Assembly (NCBI RefSeq): GCF_002087085.1
Contig: NZ_MWQY01000024.1
Location: forward strand, 1-53,847
Direction: 5' to 3'
DNA length: 53,847 nucleotides
Positions 19,667-30,763 of the stretch are shown piece after piece. The notes under the pieces were generated by a model. That model did not search any database. It was not told where the DNA came from and saw nothing but the letters and a program-made list of their open reading frames with translations. Both the position numbers and the translations under genes were made by a program. The number at the start of each line of letters is the position of its first letter. Within the stretch, counting starts at the first letter, position 1.

Positions 19667-20077
19667 TTACCGTGTTTCCCTGGCGGCCCTCAGGGCCTGT
19701 TCCCTGCTGCCGTAGAGTTCCACATAAGCGCCGAAGACCCATCCTATAAGACCGTCGTAGGATACCTGGTACCAGTAGTTTTCGTAGCCCTCGAGGAAGA
19801 CCTTTTCGGGAGACTGGGAAAGGACCTCCAGCACTACACCCCGGCGGTTCCAGAAGGTGGTAACTACCTCGCTCTGGGGATCGGGTTTGTCTCTCATCCT
19901 CAGATGGGACGAAGCGATAACCCCCCACTTCTCCCGCATGGACAGAAGGGATGTGGGGGGAAGTTCAATATTTGTCAGCGCCTCTTCTTTGGAACAGCCC
20001 GTCAACGCCAGAAGTATACCGAAGGCTCCAAGGAGCATATATTTTTTACTGCCCATATTTTGGAGGGATTTTATCAT
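19667..20077 (-). CDS. SH3b-domain lipoprotein
   Basis: lipobox LTGC; LRMRDKP...WYQVSY.GLIGWVFG. Confidence 0.8.
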   Translation of the reverse strand: MIKSLQNMGSKKYMLLGAFGILLALTGCSKEEALTNIELPPTSLLSMREKWGVIASSHLRMRDKPDPQSEVVTTFWNRRGVVLEVLSQSPEKVFLEGYENYWYQVSYDGLIGWVFGAYVELYGSREQALRAARETR

Positions 20078-20092
20078 AAATACCCTTCCCTG

Positions 20093-22078
20093 TCAGTCCT
20101 CGCCCTTGAGGCGCTGAATTTCATCCCGGATAAGGGCGGCCTTCTCGAACTCCAGGTTCTTTGCCATCTCGAGCATCTCCTTCTCCAGGGCCTTGATCAG
20201 AGCTGCCTTCTCCTTTGGAATAAGTACGTTGAAACTGCGCTTCAGAACCTCCAGGGCCTGCTCCTCCGCGGCCCGGCTCTCCTCTTTCTGCCGCACCAGA
20301 ATATCGTGAATGGACTTTCTGACCGACTGGGGTGTAATCCCGTGGGTCCGGTTATACTCCTCCTGAATACTGCGCCGGCGTTCGGTCTCATCGATAGCGG
20401 TTTTCATTGCCTCGGATATCCTGTCGGCGTACATAAGCACACGTCCATCCAGGTTACGGGCCGCCCGGCCGATGGTCTGAATCAGGGATGTGGCACTCCG
20501 CAGGAAACCGATTTTATCCGCATCGAGGATGGCGATCAGGGCGACCTCCGGCAGATCAAGCCCCTCCCTGAGAAGGTTGATTCCCACCAGAACGTCGAAA
20601 ACCCCCTGCCTCAGCTGGGTAAGGATCTCCACCCGCTCGATGGTTTCCACCTCCGAGTGAAGGTATCGTACCCGTACTCCCAGATTTGCCAGGTAGTCCG
20701 TCAGGTCCTCGGACATCTTTTTCGTGAGGGTGGTGATAAGCGTCCGGTATCCAAGGGCTGTGGTGGCCCGTATCTCGCCGTAAAGGTCTTCGATCTGTCC
20801 CTCCGTGGGACGAACCTCGATGCCCGGGTCCAGAAGCCCGGTGGGACGGATAATCTGCTCCACCACCCGTGCGGATCGCCGGATCTCCTCCTTTCCCGGG
20901 GTCGCGGAGACGAAGATGGTCTGGTCCAGGATCTGCTCGAACTCGCCGAAGATCAGGGGACGGTTGTCCAGCGCCGAGGGGAGCCTGAATCCGTGGTTAA
21001 CGAGATTCAGCTTCCGGGAGCGGTCCCCCTCGTACATAGCCCCTACCTGGGGCAGGGTTACGTGGCTCTCGTCGATCATGGTAAGGAAGCCCTGGGGAAA
21101 ATAGTCGAGCAGCACCGAGGGCCGCTCTCCTTCTATCCTGTTTGAAAGGTGCCGGGAGTAGTTTTCGATACCCGAACAGTAGCCCATCTCCTCCATCATC
21201 TCAAGATCGTACTCCGTGCGGGTCTTGAGGCGCTGGGCTTCCACGATTTTTCCCTCTTCGGTAAAGCGGCGGTACTGCTCCTCCAGTTCCTCCCGGATAT
21301 CAGCCAGGGATTTCTGGATCTGGTCCTCCGGCATCACGAAGTGCTTGGCGGGATAGATAACGCAGTGGTCACGCTCATCCAGTACCTGCATCCCCACCGG
21401 GTCGATCCGCCGTATGCGGGCGATGGTGTCCCAGTCAAGCTCCACCCTGAAGGCGTGTTCGGTGTAGGCCGGGTAGATCTCGATCACATCTCCCCGGATC
21501 CGGAAATTACCCCGGTCCAGAATATGGTCATTCCGTTCGTACTGCAGGGAGATCAGCTGCCTGCTGATGGAAGCGATGTCCGCCTCATCACCGACCTTGA
21601 GCCGGAGACGCATCTCGTGGAAGGACTTCGGATTTCCCAGGCCGTATATACAGGAGACGGTGGCCACGATTATCACGTCTTCCCGCTCCATCAGCGATGA
21701 GGTGGCAGAGAGCCTGAGGCGGTCAATCTCGTCGTTTATGGAGGCATCCTTTTCGATGTACAGGTCCCTGGAGGGAACGTAGGCCTCGGGCTGGTAGTAG
21801 TCGTAATAGGAGACAAAGTATTCCACGGCGTTGTCGGGAAAAAAGTCCTTGAACTCCCGGTAGAGCTGGGCCGCCAGGGTCTTGTTGTGGGAGATAACCA
21901 GGGTCGGTCTCTGGACCTCCTCGATGATTCTGGCCATGGTAAAGGTCTTGCCCGAACCGGTTACCCCCTTCAGGGTCTGAAATCGGTCTCCCTCCTTCAG
22001 GCCTTCCACCAGCTTGGCGATTGCCTGTCCCTGGTCACCGGCGGGGGCAAAGGGGGATACTACACGAAAACGGGGCAT
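20093..22078 (-). CDS. uvrB: excinuclease ABC subunit B
   Basis: [32 protein letters not shown]-terminal UVR domain. Confidence 0.98.
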   Translation of the reverse strand: MPRFRVVSPFAPAGDQGQAIAKLVEGLKEGDRFQTLKGVTGSGKTFTMARIIEEVQRPTLVISHNKTLAAQLYREFKDFFPDNAVEYFVSYYDYYQPEAYVPSRDLYIEKDASINDEIDRLRLSATSSLMEREDVIIVATVSCIYGLGNPKSFHEMRLRLKVGDEADIASISRQLISLQYERNDHILDRGNFRIRGDVIEIYPAYTEHAFRVELDWDTIARIRRIDPVGMQVLDERDHCVIYPAKHFVMPEDQIQKSLADIREELEEQYRRFTEEGKIVEAQRLKTRTEYDLEMMEEMGYCSGIENYSRHLSNRIEGERPSVLLDYFPQGFLTMIDESHVTLPQVGAMYEGDRSRKLNLVNHGFRLPSALDNRPLIFGEFEQILDQTIFVSATPGKEEIRRSARVVEQIIRPTGLLDPGIEVRPTEGQIEDLYGEIRATTALGYRTLITTLTKKMSEDLTDYLANLGVRVRYLHSEVETIERVEILTQLRQGVFDVLVGINLLREGLDLPEVALIAILDADKIGFLRSATSLIQTIGRAARNLDGRVLMYADRISEAMKTAIDETERRRSIQEEYNRTHGITPQSVRKSIHDILVRQKEESRAAEEQALEVLKRSFNVLIPKEKAALIKALEKEMLEMAKNLEFEKAALIRDEIQRLKGED

Positions 22079-22082
22079 AACG

Positions 22083-23312
22083 CTAATTCCAGTAGAGTTC
22101 TTCAGGGCGCTCGGAGAGCTCGACCTGAAAACTCCGCCGCTGTCGGCCCCGGTATACTTCCACGTCGATTACATCTCCCGGCCTATTGTCCTCCAGGGCG
22201 CCCAGAAGATCAGATATGGTCTCGGTCTTGTCGCCGTCCACCTCGACCAGGATATCGCCCCCCAGATAGAGAATGGACCTGCCGTACCGTATGGGATTGT
22301 TCTGGTCTCCTCCGCGGATTCCTGCGGTGTCGGCGGCACCTCCCTTGACGGTCTTCGATACCAGAATACCCTTTTCCACCGGGAGCTTTCCATAGCGGAC
22401 AATATTTCTGTCCAGCTGAACGGGAACAATGTCTATCCATCCCCTTCGCACCAATCCGTACTCGATAAGGTCCGGCACGACCCTACGGGCGGTATTGACC
22501 GGCGTGGCGAAACCGATACCCACGGATCCCCCCGAGGGGCTGTAGATCATGGTGTTGATACCGATCATCTCTCCCCGGGAATTCAGAAGCGGACCTCCGG
22601 AGTTCCCCGGATTGATACTGGCATCGGTCTGGATCATATCGCGGATGACTATATTCGACGAAGTCCGTACTGGCCTTCCCAGGCCGGACACGATTCCCGT
22701 TGTCAGGGTACGGTCGTAGCCGAAGGGGTTCCCGATGGCCAGGACCTTCTGGCCAACCTTGAGATTTGTGGAGTCCCCGAAGGGAATGGTAACAAGGTCC
22801 CTGCCGTCGGGATCGAATTTGACCACCGCCAGATCGTTCTCCGGGTCCTTGCCGATGACCTCTCCATCGAACTGGGTTCCGTCGGAAAGATTTATATGGA
22901 CCTTGTAGGCCTTTTCCACCACGTGGTAATTGGTAAGAATGTATCCCCGGCGGTCGATAATCGAACCGGAGCCGGTTCCGCCTTCCGAGGGTACAGGCTC
23001 CAGAAACCAGTTCAGGGCCAGGGTTTCGGTGGCGATATTCACGACACCGCGATTCAGGTTCTCATAGGTGCGGATGGTGGCCAGTTCATCATCGGTGTAT
23101 TCACCGGCGTTCTGGGTCAGATAAGTGTTTTCCGGGGGGATGGGATTTGTCTCCAGTCTGAAAACCGGTTCCTCCGCAGTCGAAACTGCTTCGGCTGCCG
23201 CAGTTCCGGCTTTTCCCGGGCTGAAGATTCCCAGACCCGCCGCAAAGAGCAGAACTATAAGCCCGCTGGCCAGGGAGTAGAAAACAAGCTGTCCTCGGCT
23301 GTAGAGCTTCAT
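22083..23312 (-). CDS. htrA: HtrA/DegP-family serine protease with PDZ domain
   Basis: TNYHVV, DLAVV, GNSGGPL catalytic triad; N-terminal TM segment; GGAGG RBS before ATG at 23312. Confidence 0.92.
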   Translation of the reverse strand: MKLYSRGQLVFYSLASGLIVLLFAAGLGIFSPGKAGTAAAEAVSTAEEPVFRLETNPIPPENTYLTQNAGEYTDDELATIRTYENLNRGVVNIATETLALNWFLEPVPSEGGTGSGSIIDRRGYILTNYHVVEKAYKVHINLSDGTQFDGEVIGKDPENDLAVVKFDPDGRDLVTIPFGDSTNLKVGQKVLAIGNPFGYDRTLTTGIVSGLGRPVRTSSNIVIRDMIQTDASINPGNSGGPLLNSRGEMIGINTMIYSPSGGSVGIGFATPVNTARRVVPDLIEYGLVRRGWIDIVPVQLDRNIVRYGKLPVEKGILVSKTVKGGAADTAGIRGGDQNNPIRYGRSILYLGGDILVEVDGDKTETISDLLGALEDNRPGDVIDVEVYRGRQRRSFQVELSERPEELYWN

Positions 23313-23386
23313 ATTTCCTCCTGTCCCTTTAAATATAGCCGGATAGGAGAATAATGCCAACTCGCTTTGAGAAGTCTGAAAAAAGT

Positions 23387-24925
23387 CTAGGAGGATCTGA
23401 TCCTCACCCCCGAATAGAACAGGTTCCCCCCCACTCCCCTGAGAGCCACCGCCTCCGCGATGTGGGGAGCCATGACCCTCTCCGAAGCCTCGAGGTCCGC
23501 AATGCTCAGGGCCACCTTCAGCACTCCGTGGACCGCGCGGTTGGAGAAGCCTTCGCGATGGGTCTCTTCCAGAAGGACCCTGCGGGAGTCATCGTCAAGG
23601 TCCGCTGCCCGGGCCAGTTCACGTCCTTCAAGGTCGGCATTCATGCGCTCCGTCCCCCGCAGCTTCCTCCCGAACCGGCGGGCGTTAAGGACATCCTCCC
23701 GGATACTGCGGGACCCCCGTCTCTCCCCGCCCAGGAGCGCCCCGGGTCCTGCGGGATTCAGGGGAATGCGAATATCTATCCGGTCCAGCAGGGCACCCCC
23801 CAGGGTTTTCCAGTAGCGGGAGATCTCCCTTTCCGTGCACAGGCATACCGCATCCTCCTTGCCCAGATTTCCGCAGGGACAGGGGTTCAGGGTAAGAAGA
23901 AGCTGAAATCGGGCGGGAAAGAAGGCCCGCCGTCCGGCCCGGACAAGATCGACCCGCCGCTGCTCCACCGGCTCCCGCAGGGCCTGAAGCACCCCGGACT
24001 GGAACTCCGCCGCCTCATCCAGGAGCAGGACTCCGTTATGGGCCAGGGAAACCTCCCCGGGCTGCAGAGCCGGTCCGCCGCCGATAAGCCCCTCCCGGCT
24101 GGCACTGTGGTGGGGCTTGCGGAAGGGCGGATTTTTTATGAGCCCCCAGCGGCGGGGCAGCTTGCCCGCCACCGAATAAATGCGGGTTACCTCGAGGGAC
24201 TCCCGATGCGCAAGGGGCGGCAGGATCGAAGGAAAGCGTAGCGCCGCCATGGATTTTCCCGAACCCGGGGGGCCGAAAAGCATTGCATGGTGGCCCCCCA
24301 CAGCAGCGACCTGCAGGGCCCTGAGAAGCTCCGGACATCCGGCCATATCGCCGTAGTCGAGCCCGGTCTCCGGAATTCCGCTGTCCCCTACCTTGTCTTC
24401 TGTATCCCGGGGCTTCCAGGAGGCGGGGGCCCGCAGCAAATCAACGGCATCGGCCAGGTCCCCGACAGGGCACAGATTCCCGATTCCCGCTGCGGCTGCT
24501 TCCGCTCTGTTTTCCTCAGGGACCAGCCGTGGAAGTTCTCCCAGGGCTTCGGACTCATGGAGGGCGGCTATAACCCCGTCCACGGCACGGATTCTCCCGG
24601 AGAGCTGCAGCTCCCCCAGGGCCAGGATACGTTCCGGCGGATTCTCCGGAATACCGCAGGCCGCCAGGATTCCCAGGGCAATGGGCAGATCAAAGGAGGC
24701 CCCCGCCTTGGGTACTCCCGCGGGATAGAGGTTTACCAGGATACGTTTTGTCGGATATTCGAAGCCAGAATTGCGGATGGCCACCCGAATTCGCTCCTTA
24801 GCCTCCCGGATGGCGCTGTCCGGCAGCCCCACGATCTCGATCCCCGGCAGGGCGGGACGCAGGTCTACCTCCACGGTGACCAGTTCTCCTTCGTAACCGA
24901 AGGAGGCGTAGCTGTAGATTGTCAT
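23387..24925 (-). CDS. comM: ComM/YifB family Mg-chelatase-like AAA+ ATPase
   Basis: VGLPD..IREAKERIR, FDLPIALG, GPPGSGKS, PGEVSLAHNG, NPCPCG. Confidence 0.92.
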   Translation of the reverse strand: MTIYSYASFGYEGELVTVEVDLRPALPGIEIVGLPDSAIREAKERIRVAIRNSGFEYPTKRILVNLYPAGVPKAGASFDLPIALGILAACGIPENPPERILALGELQLSGRIRAVDGVIAALHESEALGELPRLVPEENRAEAAAAGIGNLCPVGDLADAVDLLRAPASWKPRDTEDKVGDSGIPETGLDYGDMAGCPELLRALQVAAVGGHHAMLFGPPGSGKSMAALRFPSILPPLAHRESLEVTRIYSVAGKLPRRWGLIKNPPFRKPHHSASREGLIGGGPALQPGEVSLAHNGVLLLDEAAEFQSGVLQALREPVEQRRVDLVRAGRRAFFPARFQLLLTLNPCPCGNLGKEDAVCLCTEREISRYWKTLGGALLDRIDIRIPLNPAGPGALLGGERRGSRSIREDVLNARRFGRKLRGTERMNADLEGRELARAADLDDDSRRVLLEETHREGFSNRAVHGVLKVALSIADLEASERVMAPHIAEAVALRGVGGNLFYSGVRIRSS

Positions 24926-24968
24926 GGTTCCTCCTGAAGTAATTAAACCCCGGAAGAACCTGCATGCT

Positions 24969-25448
24969 TCAGCCGGGGTGCTGCCTTTTCTCCGTCTGGA
25001 TCGAGGCTATGGCTTCCTGTACCAGGGCGTCGCAGCGTTCGTTGTGTTCGTTACCCGCGTGCCCCTTGACCCACTGCCAGCGGATATTCAGGGAGTCCCG
25101 CAGCTCCTTTAAAGGAACCCAGAGATCCTGATTCTTGACGGGCTTTTTTGCCGCCGTCTTCCAGCCGTTCCGGGACCAGGTCTCTATCCAGCTGGTAATG
25201 CCGTTTTTGACGTACTGGCTGTCCGTATGGACCGCCACCGGCCGCCGGTCCCACTGACGCCGTCGAATCTCCGTCAGTGCCTCGATTACCGCCGTCAGTT
25301 CCATGCGGTTGTTGGTGGTGGCAGCGTCTCCGCCGTTTTTCTCCAGGGATTCACCGTCAGAGAGGATACAGTAGGCCCAGGCCCCGGGTCCGGGGTTCCC
25401 CCAGCAGCCGCCGTCGGTATAGATGTGTATTTCGTTGTTATCCGTCAT
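24969..25448 (-). CDS. rnhA: ribonuclease HI
   Basis: YTDGGCWGNPG, TTNNRMEL, TDSQY, WVKGHAG..NERCD. Confidence 0.96.
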   Translation of the reverse strand: MTDNNEIHIYTDGGCWGNPGPGAWAYCILSDGESLEKNGGDAATTNNRMELTAVIEALTEIRRRQWDRRPVAVHTDSQYVKNGITSWIETWSRNGWKTAAKKPVKNQDLWVPLKELRDSLNIRWQWVKGHAGNEHNERCDALVQEAIASIQTEKRQHPG

Positions 25449-25515
25449 CGGCCCATAGTACGGGGAATCCCATGAATTGGGCAAGCGGGAACAGAAAAAT
25501 GCCCTCCCCTATCCG

Positions 25516-25544
25516 TTGACCCGGGCTGTAGCTTGGCCTATACT
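25516..25544 (+). promoter_or_regulatory. sigma70 promoter of the AAA ATPase operon
   Basis: TTGACC, 17 bp, TATACT. Confidence 0.7.
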
Positions 25545-25581
25545 GTTCCGAGGTGTCCGCTGCCTTGATTCGGGAGGGGAA

Positions 25582-27333
25582 ATGTCGGAACAGCTGATTG
25601 TAAAAAATCTGGATTTCATACGGATCCTGCCTGCCTGGGCCCAGGAACTTTCGTATAAGTATCTTTCCAAAACAACCAACCTCTATATAGCCCACGGGAA
25701 TATCCGGGACTTCCTGCCCAACAAGATGATCGAAGGGGAGTTTATCTTTGTCCGGATTCAGGAGTTTATCTCCGAGGTGCTCTTCGGAAACCGGGACATC
25801 GTGGCCTTTTACGACCGTTCTTCGGGAATCAACTTCTGTTCCCCGGAAATGCAGAAAGAGTACCTGAACATCATGGAGTCCCACTTTCCGGATACGCCCC
25901 GGGAGGACTTTATATCCCTGGATCCCCTGAAGGCCTTCGACTACCTGGAAAAATACTTTTTCATGAACATTCCCCATAAAAAGCGGATTGTTCTGATCAT
26001 CGACTATGCCGAAACCCTTATCCCCAATACGGAGCTCGCCCGGCTCTCCGACGAGGACCGCTACGCCCTTGTAACCCTCAACCGCTGGTCCCACGACCCC
26101 ATCTTTACCCAGGGAGATGTTTCCATCATTCTGCTTACCGAGAACCTGGCGGACCTGAGCACCAGGATCGTGCGTTCCCCCCATACGGTGAAGGTCCATG
26201 TACCGATTCCCGACGAGGACATCCGGGAAAAGTTCCTCAACTTTCTGGACCGACAGGATATTCTCCTGACGGAGTCCCGGCTTAATCCCAAACGGATCGC
26301 CAAGATAACCTCTGGACTCAACCTGCAGAACCTTAACCAGATCGCCGCGGAAAGCTACCAGGAAGACAAACCCATAACCCTGGAATATCTTACGGAGCGA
26401 AAAAAGGAGATCATCGAGAACGAGGCTGTCGGTCTCCTGGAGTTCATCGAGAGCGAACACGACCTCTCCATGGTGTCGGGGCATGAGTTCGTGAAAAAGC
26501 GCTTCAAGAGCGCCGCCAGGGCCATCAAGCAGGGCCGTCTCGACGTGCTTCCCATGGGATACCTTATTGCGGGTCCCGTGGGAACCGGAAAAAGCTTTAT
26601 GGTATCCGCTTTCGCTTCGGAAATCGGAGTTCCCATCGTCCGGCTGCGGAACTTCCGCAGCAAGTGGCAGGGAGAGACGGAATCGAATCTGGAGAAGGTA
26701 CTCAACATCCTCAAGGCCATGTCCCCGGTGGGAGTCATGATCGACGAGGCGGATGCTTTTCTGGGAGACCGCAACCAGGATGGGGATTCCGGCACCAGCA
26801 ACCGGATTTTCGCCCAGATAGCGAGCTTCATGGGCAATACGGAGTACCGGGGCAAGATTATCTGGTTTCTTATAACCTGCCGACCGGACCTTCTGCCCAT
26901 CGACCTGAAGCGTCAGGGACGGGCGGAGGAACACCTGGCCATATTCTACCCGGAGTCCTTAAGTGAACGGGAAGACCTCTTCGATATACTGGTAAAGAAA
27001 CTGAAGATGAAGATCCAGAAGTTTCCCGTCACGGATCTTCTGAAAAAGTTCCCCAATGAGTACTCCGGGGCGGATCTGGAATCGATTCTTATCCGGGCCA
27101 AGTTCAACGCGGCCATGGAGAACCATATAATCATTACCCGGGAGGACCTGGAAAACGCCATGAACGACTTTGTACCCGCCAGCTACCCCCACGAGATCCG
27201 CCTGCAGAACCTGGTGGCGGTCCTGGAGTGTACCAGCCGCGAGATGGTACCAAAGCGTTTTCAGAACCTTGACCGGTCAAAACTTGTTCAGGAGATACGG
27301 GAACTCAAGGAGCTCCTTGGAGAACATCCCTGA
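25582..27333 (+). CDS. tandem classical AAA+ ATPase (inactive N-module, active C-module)
   Basis: C-module GPVGTGKS, SKWQGE pore loop, MIDEAD, LKRQGR; N-module keeps only a Walker-B-like IIDYAE; GGAGGGG RBS. Confidence 0.85.
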   Translation: MSEQLIVKNLDFIRILPAWAQELSYKYLSKTTNLYIAHGNIRDFLPNKMIEGEFIFVRIQEFISEVLFGNRDIVAFYDRSSGINFCSPEMQKEYLNIMESHFPDTPREDFISLDPLKAFDYLEKYFFMNIPHKKRIVLIIDYAETLIPNTELARLSDEDRYALVTLNRWSHDPIFTQGDVSIILLTENLADLSTRIVRSPHTVKVHVPIPDEDIREKFLNFLDRQDILLTESRLNPKRIAKITSGLNLQNLNQIAAESYQEDKPITLEYLTERKKEIIENEAVGLLEFIESEHDLSMVSGHEFVKKRFKSAARAIKQGRLDVLPMGYLIAGPVGTGKSFMVSAFASEIGVPIVRLRNFRSKWQGETESNLEKVLNILKAMSPVGVMIDEADAFLGDRNQDGDSGTSNRIFAQIASFMGNTEYRGKIIWFLITCRPDLLPIDLKRQGRAEEHLAIFYPESLSEREDLFDILVKKLKMKIQKFPVTDLLKKFPNEYSGADLESILIRAKFNAAMENHIIITREDLENAMNDFVPASYPHEIRLQNLVAVLECTSREMVPKRFQNLDRSKLVQEIRELKELLGEHP

Positions 27334-27347
27334 CGCGGAGGCGCAGC

Positions 27348-28388
27348 ATGACGATTGAACGAATACCCTATGGAACAACACAAAGCGGCGACAGGGTGGA
27401 TGCCTTTGTCATCAGCAATGGAGAGGTCGCGTTTCAGGCCCTGACCTATGGAGCAGTATTGAGTTCCGTAAGCAGTCCCGACCGGGAAGGTAATCCCGCG
27501 GAGCTGACCCTCGGGTTTGACGATCTCACCGGATGGGAGAGTGCCCACCCCTATTTCGGCGGGACCATAGGGCGTTTTGCAAACCGCATTGCAGAGGGAC
27601 GGTTCAGCCTGGACGGAAAGGAATACTCCCTCTACACCAACAACGGGGCCCATCATCTCCACGGCGGAAAGGAGGGCTTTGAGCGTAAAATCTGGGACGG
27701 CTTCCCCTTTCAGAACGAACAGGAAGCGGGAGTCAAGTTCAGCCGGACCAGTCCCGACGGAGAAGAGGGGTATCCCGGCAATCTGGATGTGGTTGTCAGC
27801 TATGCCCTGTCGGTTAACAACGAGCTGTCCATCAGTTTCGAAGCCGCCACCGATGCCCCTACCCTGGTAAATCTGACAAACCATGCCTACTGGAACCTGG
27901 ACGGTTCCGGCGGCGGGACCTCCATCGTTAATCATGAGCTCCTGATTCATGCCGACAGCTATGTGGAGGTGGACAAATATGCAATTCCCACGGGCCGCAT
28001 CCTGCAGGTACGGCAGAGCCCTTTTGATTTTCGCCGCCGCAAGACGATTGCGGCTGACATACAGTCCGCCGGCGGTTACGATCACTGTTACAAGCTGGCC
28101 GAAAGCGATCCCGATGAACCGGCCCTGGCCGCGGAGGTCTACTCCCCCGATTCCGGCAGGGTAATGAAGGTTTACACCACCCAGCCGGGACTTCAGTTTT
28201 ACACCGCTGAGTTTCTGGACGGCTCCATAATGTTGCGGGGCGGTATTTCTGCGAAGAAGCGCTGCGCCCTCTGTCTGGAAGCGGCGGGATTTCCCGATTC
28301 CCCGAACCGGCCGGATTTCCCCTCCGCAGTATTACGCCCGGGCGTGCGTTATACTCATAAAACGATACACCATTTTTCCCTGGCTTAA
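27348..28388 (+). CDS. galM: aldose 1-epimerase
   Basis: GRFANRI, HLHGG, GYPG, NLTNHAYWNL, QFYT, CLE. Confidence 0.95.
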   Translation: MTIERIPYGTTQSGDRVDAFVISNGEVAFQALTYGAVLSSVSSPDREGNPAELTLGFDDLTGWESAHPYFGGTIGRFANRIAEGRFSLDGKEYSLYTNNGAHHLHGGKEGFERKIWDGFPFQNEQEAGVKFSRTSPDGEEGYPGNLDVVVSYALSVNNELSISFEAATDAPTLVNLTNHAYWNLDGSGGGTSIVNHELLIHADSYVEVDKYAIPTGRILQVRQSPFDFRRRKTIAADIQSAGGYDHCYKLAESDPDEPALAAEVYSPDSGRVMKVYTTQPGLQFYTAEFLDGSIMLRGGISAKKRCALCLEAAGFPDSPNRPDFPSAVLRPGVRYTHKTIHHFSLA

Positions 28389-28398
28389 AGGAAGTGGC

Positions 28399-29250
28399 AT
28401 GCAGATAAAAAAACAATCCCCAAAAGAGGGTCTGAAACTCAGCAATGACGGAAGCTTAAGCCTTTTCTGGCTGGGTGTGGGAAGCGCCTTTTCCAAGCTT
28501 CATTATCAGACAAACCTTATAATCATAAAGGGTGATGACCATGTAATGATCGACTGCGGTACCAAAGCTCCGCAGGCACTTTTTGAACTTGGACTCAATG
28601 TTACGGATGTGCGTAACTACCTCATAACCCACTCCCACGCCGACCACATCGGAGGGCTGGAAGAGGTCATGCTCATGAACCGCTACGGGCGTGGGGAAAA
28701 ACCGACCATTGTGATAAACACAACCTACCAGCATCTGCTCTGGGATATGAGCCTTCGGGGTGGTGCGGCCTACAACGAAGAAAAGGGAGGAATGGACCTT
28801 AACTTCGGAGACATGTGGAATGTGATCCGGCCGACCTGGCTTCCGGCCTATCCAAGGGAAACCCACGAAGCGAATATCGGATCCATCAATATCAAGATGT
28901 TCCGTACCATGCATATTCCCGATATAACCGGAAGCTGGCAGAGTTCCTTCTGGAGCTGCGGGATTATCATCGACAATCGGATAATGTTTACCTCGGATAC
29001 CCGTTTCGATCCCGAGCTTATCCACAGTTTCGCGGAGAACTTTGACCTGGAGTATATCTTCCACGACTGCCAGTTCTTTACCGGAGGCGTTCATGCCGGT
29101 ATCGACGAACTTGCCACACTGCCCGTCGCAGTCAAGGAACGGATGATCCTGACCCATTACGGGGACAACTGGAAGGACAACGCACAGAAGATTGAAGAGG
29201 CCGGTTTTTACGGTCTTGCCAGGCAGTGGCACCATTACCTGTTTGCATGA
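28399..29250 (+). CDS. metallo-beta-lactamase-fold hydrolase (RNase Z/phosphodiesterase-like)
   Basis: LGVGSAF, IDCG, THSHADHIGG, TSDT, HDC...VH, THY. Confidence 0.85.
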   Translation: MQIKKQSPKEGLKLSNDGSLSLFWLGVGSAFSKLHYQTNLIIIKGDDHVMIDCGTKAPQALFELGLNVTDVRNYLITHSHADHIGGLEEVMLMNRYGRGEKPTIVINTTYQHLLWDMSLRGGAAYNEEKGGMDLNFGDMWNVIRPTWLPAYPRETHEANIGSINIKMFRTMHIPDITGSWQSSFWSCGIIIDNRIMFTSDTRFDPELIHSFAENFDLEYIFHDCQFFTGGVHAGIDELATLPVAVKERMILTHYGDNWKDNAQKIEEAGFYGLARQWHHYLFA

Positions 29251-29924
29251 GGCTCTGGAAACGAACAATCTACAATTCAATACGCAGTATTCTGCGCCTT
29301 AACCTTTCGCTTTTCTACGATTTTCACGTATGGGGGCGGGAAAACATCCCCCCTGAAGGACCGAAGATCTTCTGTTCGAACCATTTTTCCTCCTCCGACC
29401 CGGGATTTGTAATCACCCTTATGAACGAACCGGTACACATGATCATCGGCTCGGCCTTCGGAATTCCCTGGCTGGCCGGCCTTCTGCGGGCCGGAGAGCA
29501 GATAGACGCCTTTGACGAGAAGGCCCGGGGCAGAGTCATTCCCGAGGCCGTCGAATATCTTCGAAGGGGAGAATCGGTCTATATTTTCCCCGAAGGGGAT
29601 ATCGGGGACCAGCAGCAGCTGAGAAAGTTTTACACCGGCATTGCGCGGATCTACCTCGAATACCCTGTGCCCATTGTGCCCATCGGCCTGATTTCGCCGC
29701 GAAGAAATGTATCCGACAAGGACGTAAAGGTACGGGAAGTTCTGTATCACCAGCTGCGGGTGGTATCCAGAAATTATTACGCGAACATAGGAAAACCCCG
29801 CAGCTTTCCGAAATACCACAAACGGGAAGACCGGAAGGAAGCCGCGAGGGAACTCACGGAAGAGATAAAAGCCATCATCGCCGATCTTATCGACGATATA
29901 AAACATAACAAGTTCTGGAGCTAG
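29247..29924 (+). CDS. lysophospholipid acyltransferase (PlsC family)
   Basis: NHFSSSD (HX4D), IFPEG, VPIVPI. Confidence 0.88.
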   Translation: MRLWKRTIYNSIRSILRLNLSLFYDFHVWGRENIPPEGPKIFCSNHFSSSDPGFVITLMNEPVHMIIGSAFGIPWLAGLLRAGEQIDAFDEKARGRVIPEAVEYLRRGESVYIFPEGDIGDQQQLRKFYTGIARIYLEYPVPIVPIGLISPRRNVSDKDVKVREVLYHQLRVVSRNYYANIGKPRSFPKYHKREDRKEAARELTEEIKAIIADLIDDIKHNKFWS

Positions 29925-29940
29925 AAGGAGAGACGGATCC

Positions 29941-30738
29941 ATGAAGATACTTGATGAGATACGGGAGATTTTCAACCTCATTCTGGAGCACTCAGAGGAT
30001 GTGTCCCGGATGCGCTTTGAAGCGCGCATGAAAAACGGATCGAGCTTCCGCTACAGCTTCGACAGACAGAAGTGGGAACGGGAACTGCAGAAGGAGAACC
30101 TCCCCCGGCGAGAGACAAACCAGCTAATAAACGCAATTCTGGATGTCCTGGGCATCGGCATAGCCGTGGCGATACTGGTTATCCTGGTGGTCTTCGCAGC
30201 GGTGTCGGGAAAGACCGAAGGCATTCTGTACTACAGCATATCCTGGGCCCTGGCAATCCTCTATTATCTCTTCAGCGCGCTCTACAATTTCCTGAGCCCC
30301 GTCCACACCGCCCGGGAATTCTTTTTCAAGTTCAGGAGTATCCTGCTTTTTCTCACCCTGTCTGGTTTTTTTCTACCCCTCTACCTGATCTACCTTCCGG
30401 CAAATCCCGGAACGGGTCTCATGGGGGGTGTACTTCTGCTGTGTGTTGCAGGTCTGTATTTCAACGGTTTAAACACCCGGGGTGGACGACGAATGGCAGC
30501 CATCTCGGGGATTCTGCTGAGCTGGCTTTCGGTGATCGCCATACCCTTTCTTTCTGCGAGTTTCAGCCTTTTTGAAAAGATGCTCGTGATCTTTGCCGCG
30601 GTGCTCCTCAGCTTCTGGATAACCGCGGCCTTCCAGAGTGACCACAGCACTTCAAAAGAGCCGCCGGCGATGAATCTTTTCCTGCTCTTCGCATCCCTCT
30701 GCCTCTTCTGGTTCAATCTGCTGTGGATTGGAGCCTGA
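29941..30738 (+). CDS. hemolysin III/PAQR-like multi-pass membrane protein, degenerate
   Basis: about 7 hydrophobic segments; INAILDVLG and FSALYN match HlyIII NAITHxxG and STLYH positions. Confidence 0.55.
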   Translation: MKILDEIREIFNLILEHSEDVSRMRFEARMKNGSSFRYSFDRQKWERELQKENLPRRETNQLINAILDVLGIGIAVAILVILVVFAAVSGKTEGILYYSISWALAILYYLFSALYNFLSPVHTAREFFFKFRSILLFLTLSGFFLPLYLIYLPANPGTGLMGGVLLLCVAGLYFNGLNTRGGRRMAAISGILLSWLSVIAIPFLSASFSLFEKMLVIFAAVLLSFWITAAFQSDHSTSKEPPAMNLFLLFASLCLFWFNLLWIGA

Positions 30739-30763
30739 GGATAGAAACAAGGAGAACTGACTC

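Noticed and set aside
19487..21145. Long antisense ORFs (e.g. 552 aa here, 25438-26934, 32657-34150, 42075-43433, 6033-7304)
   Set aside because: They lie opposite well-supported genes, have no motifs, and are expected shadow ORFs in GC-rich coding DNA.
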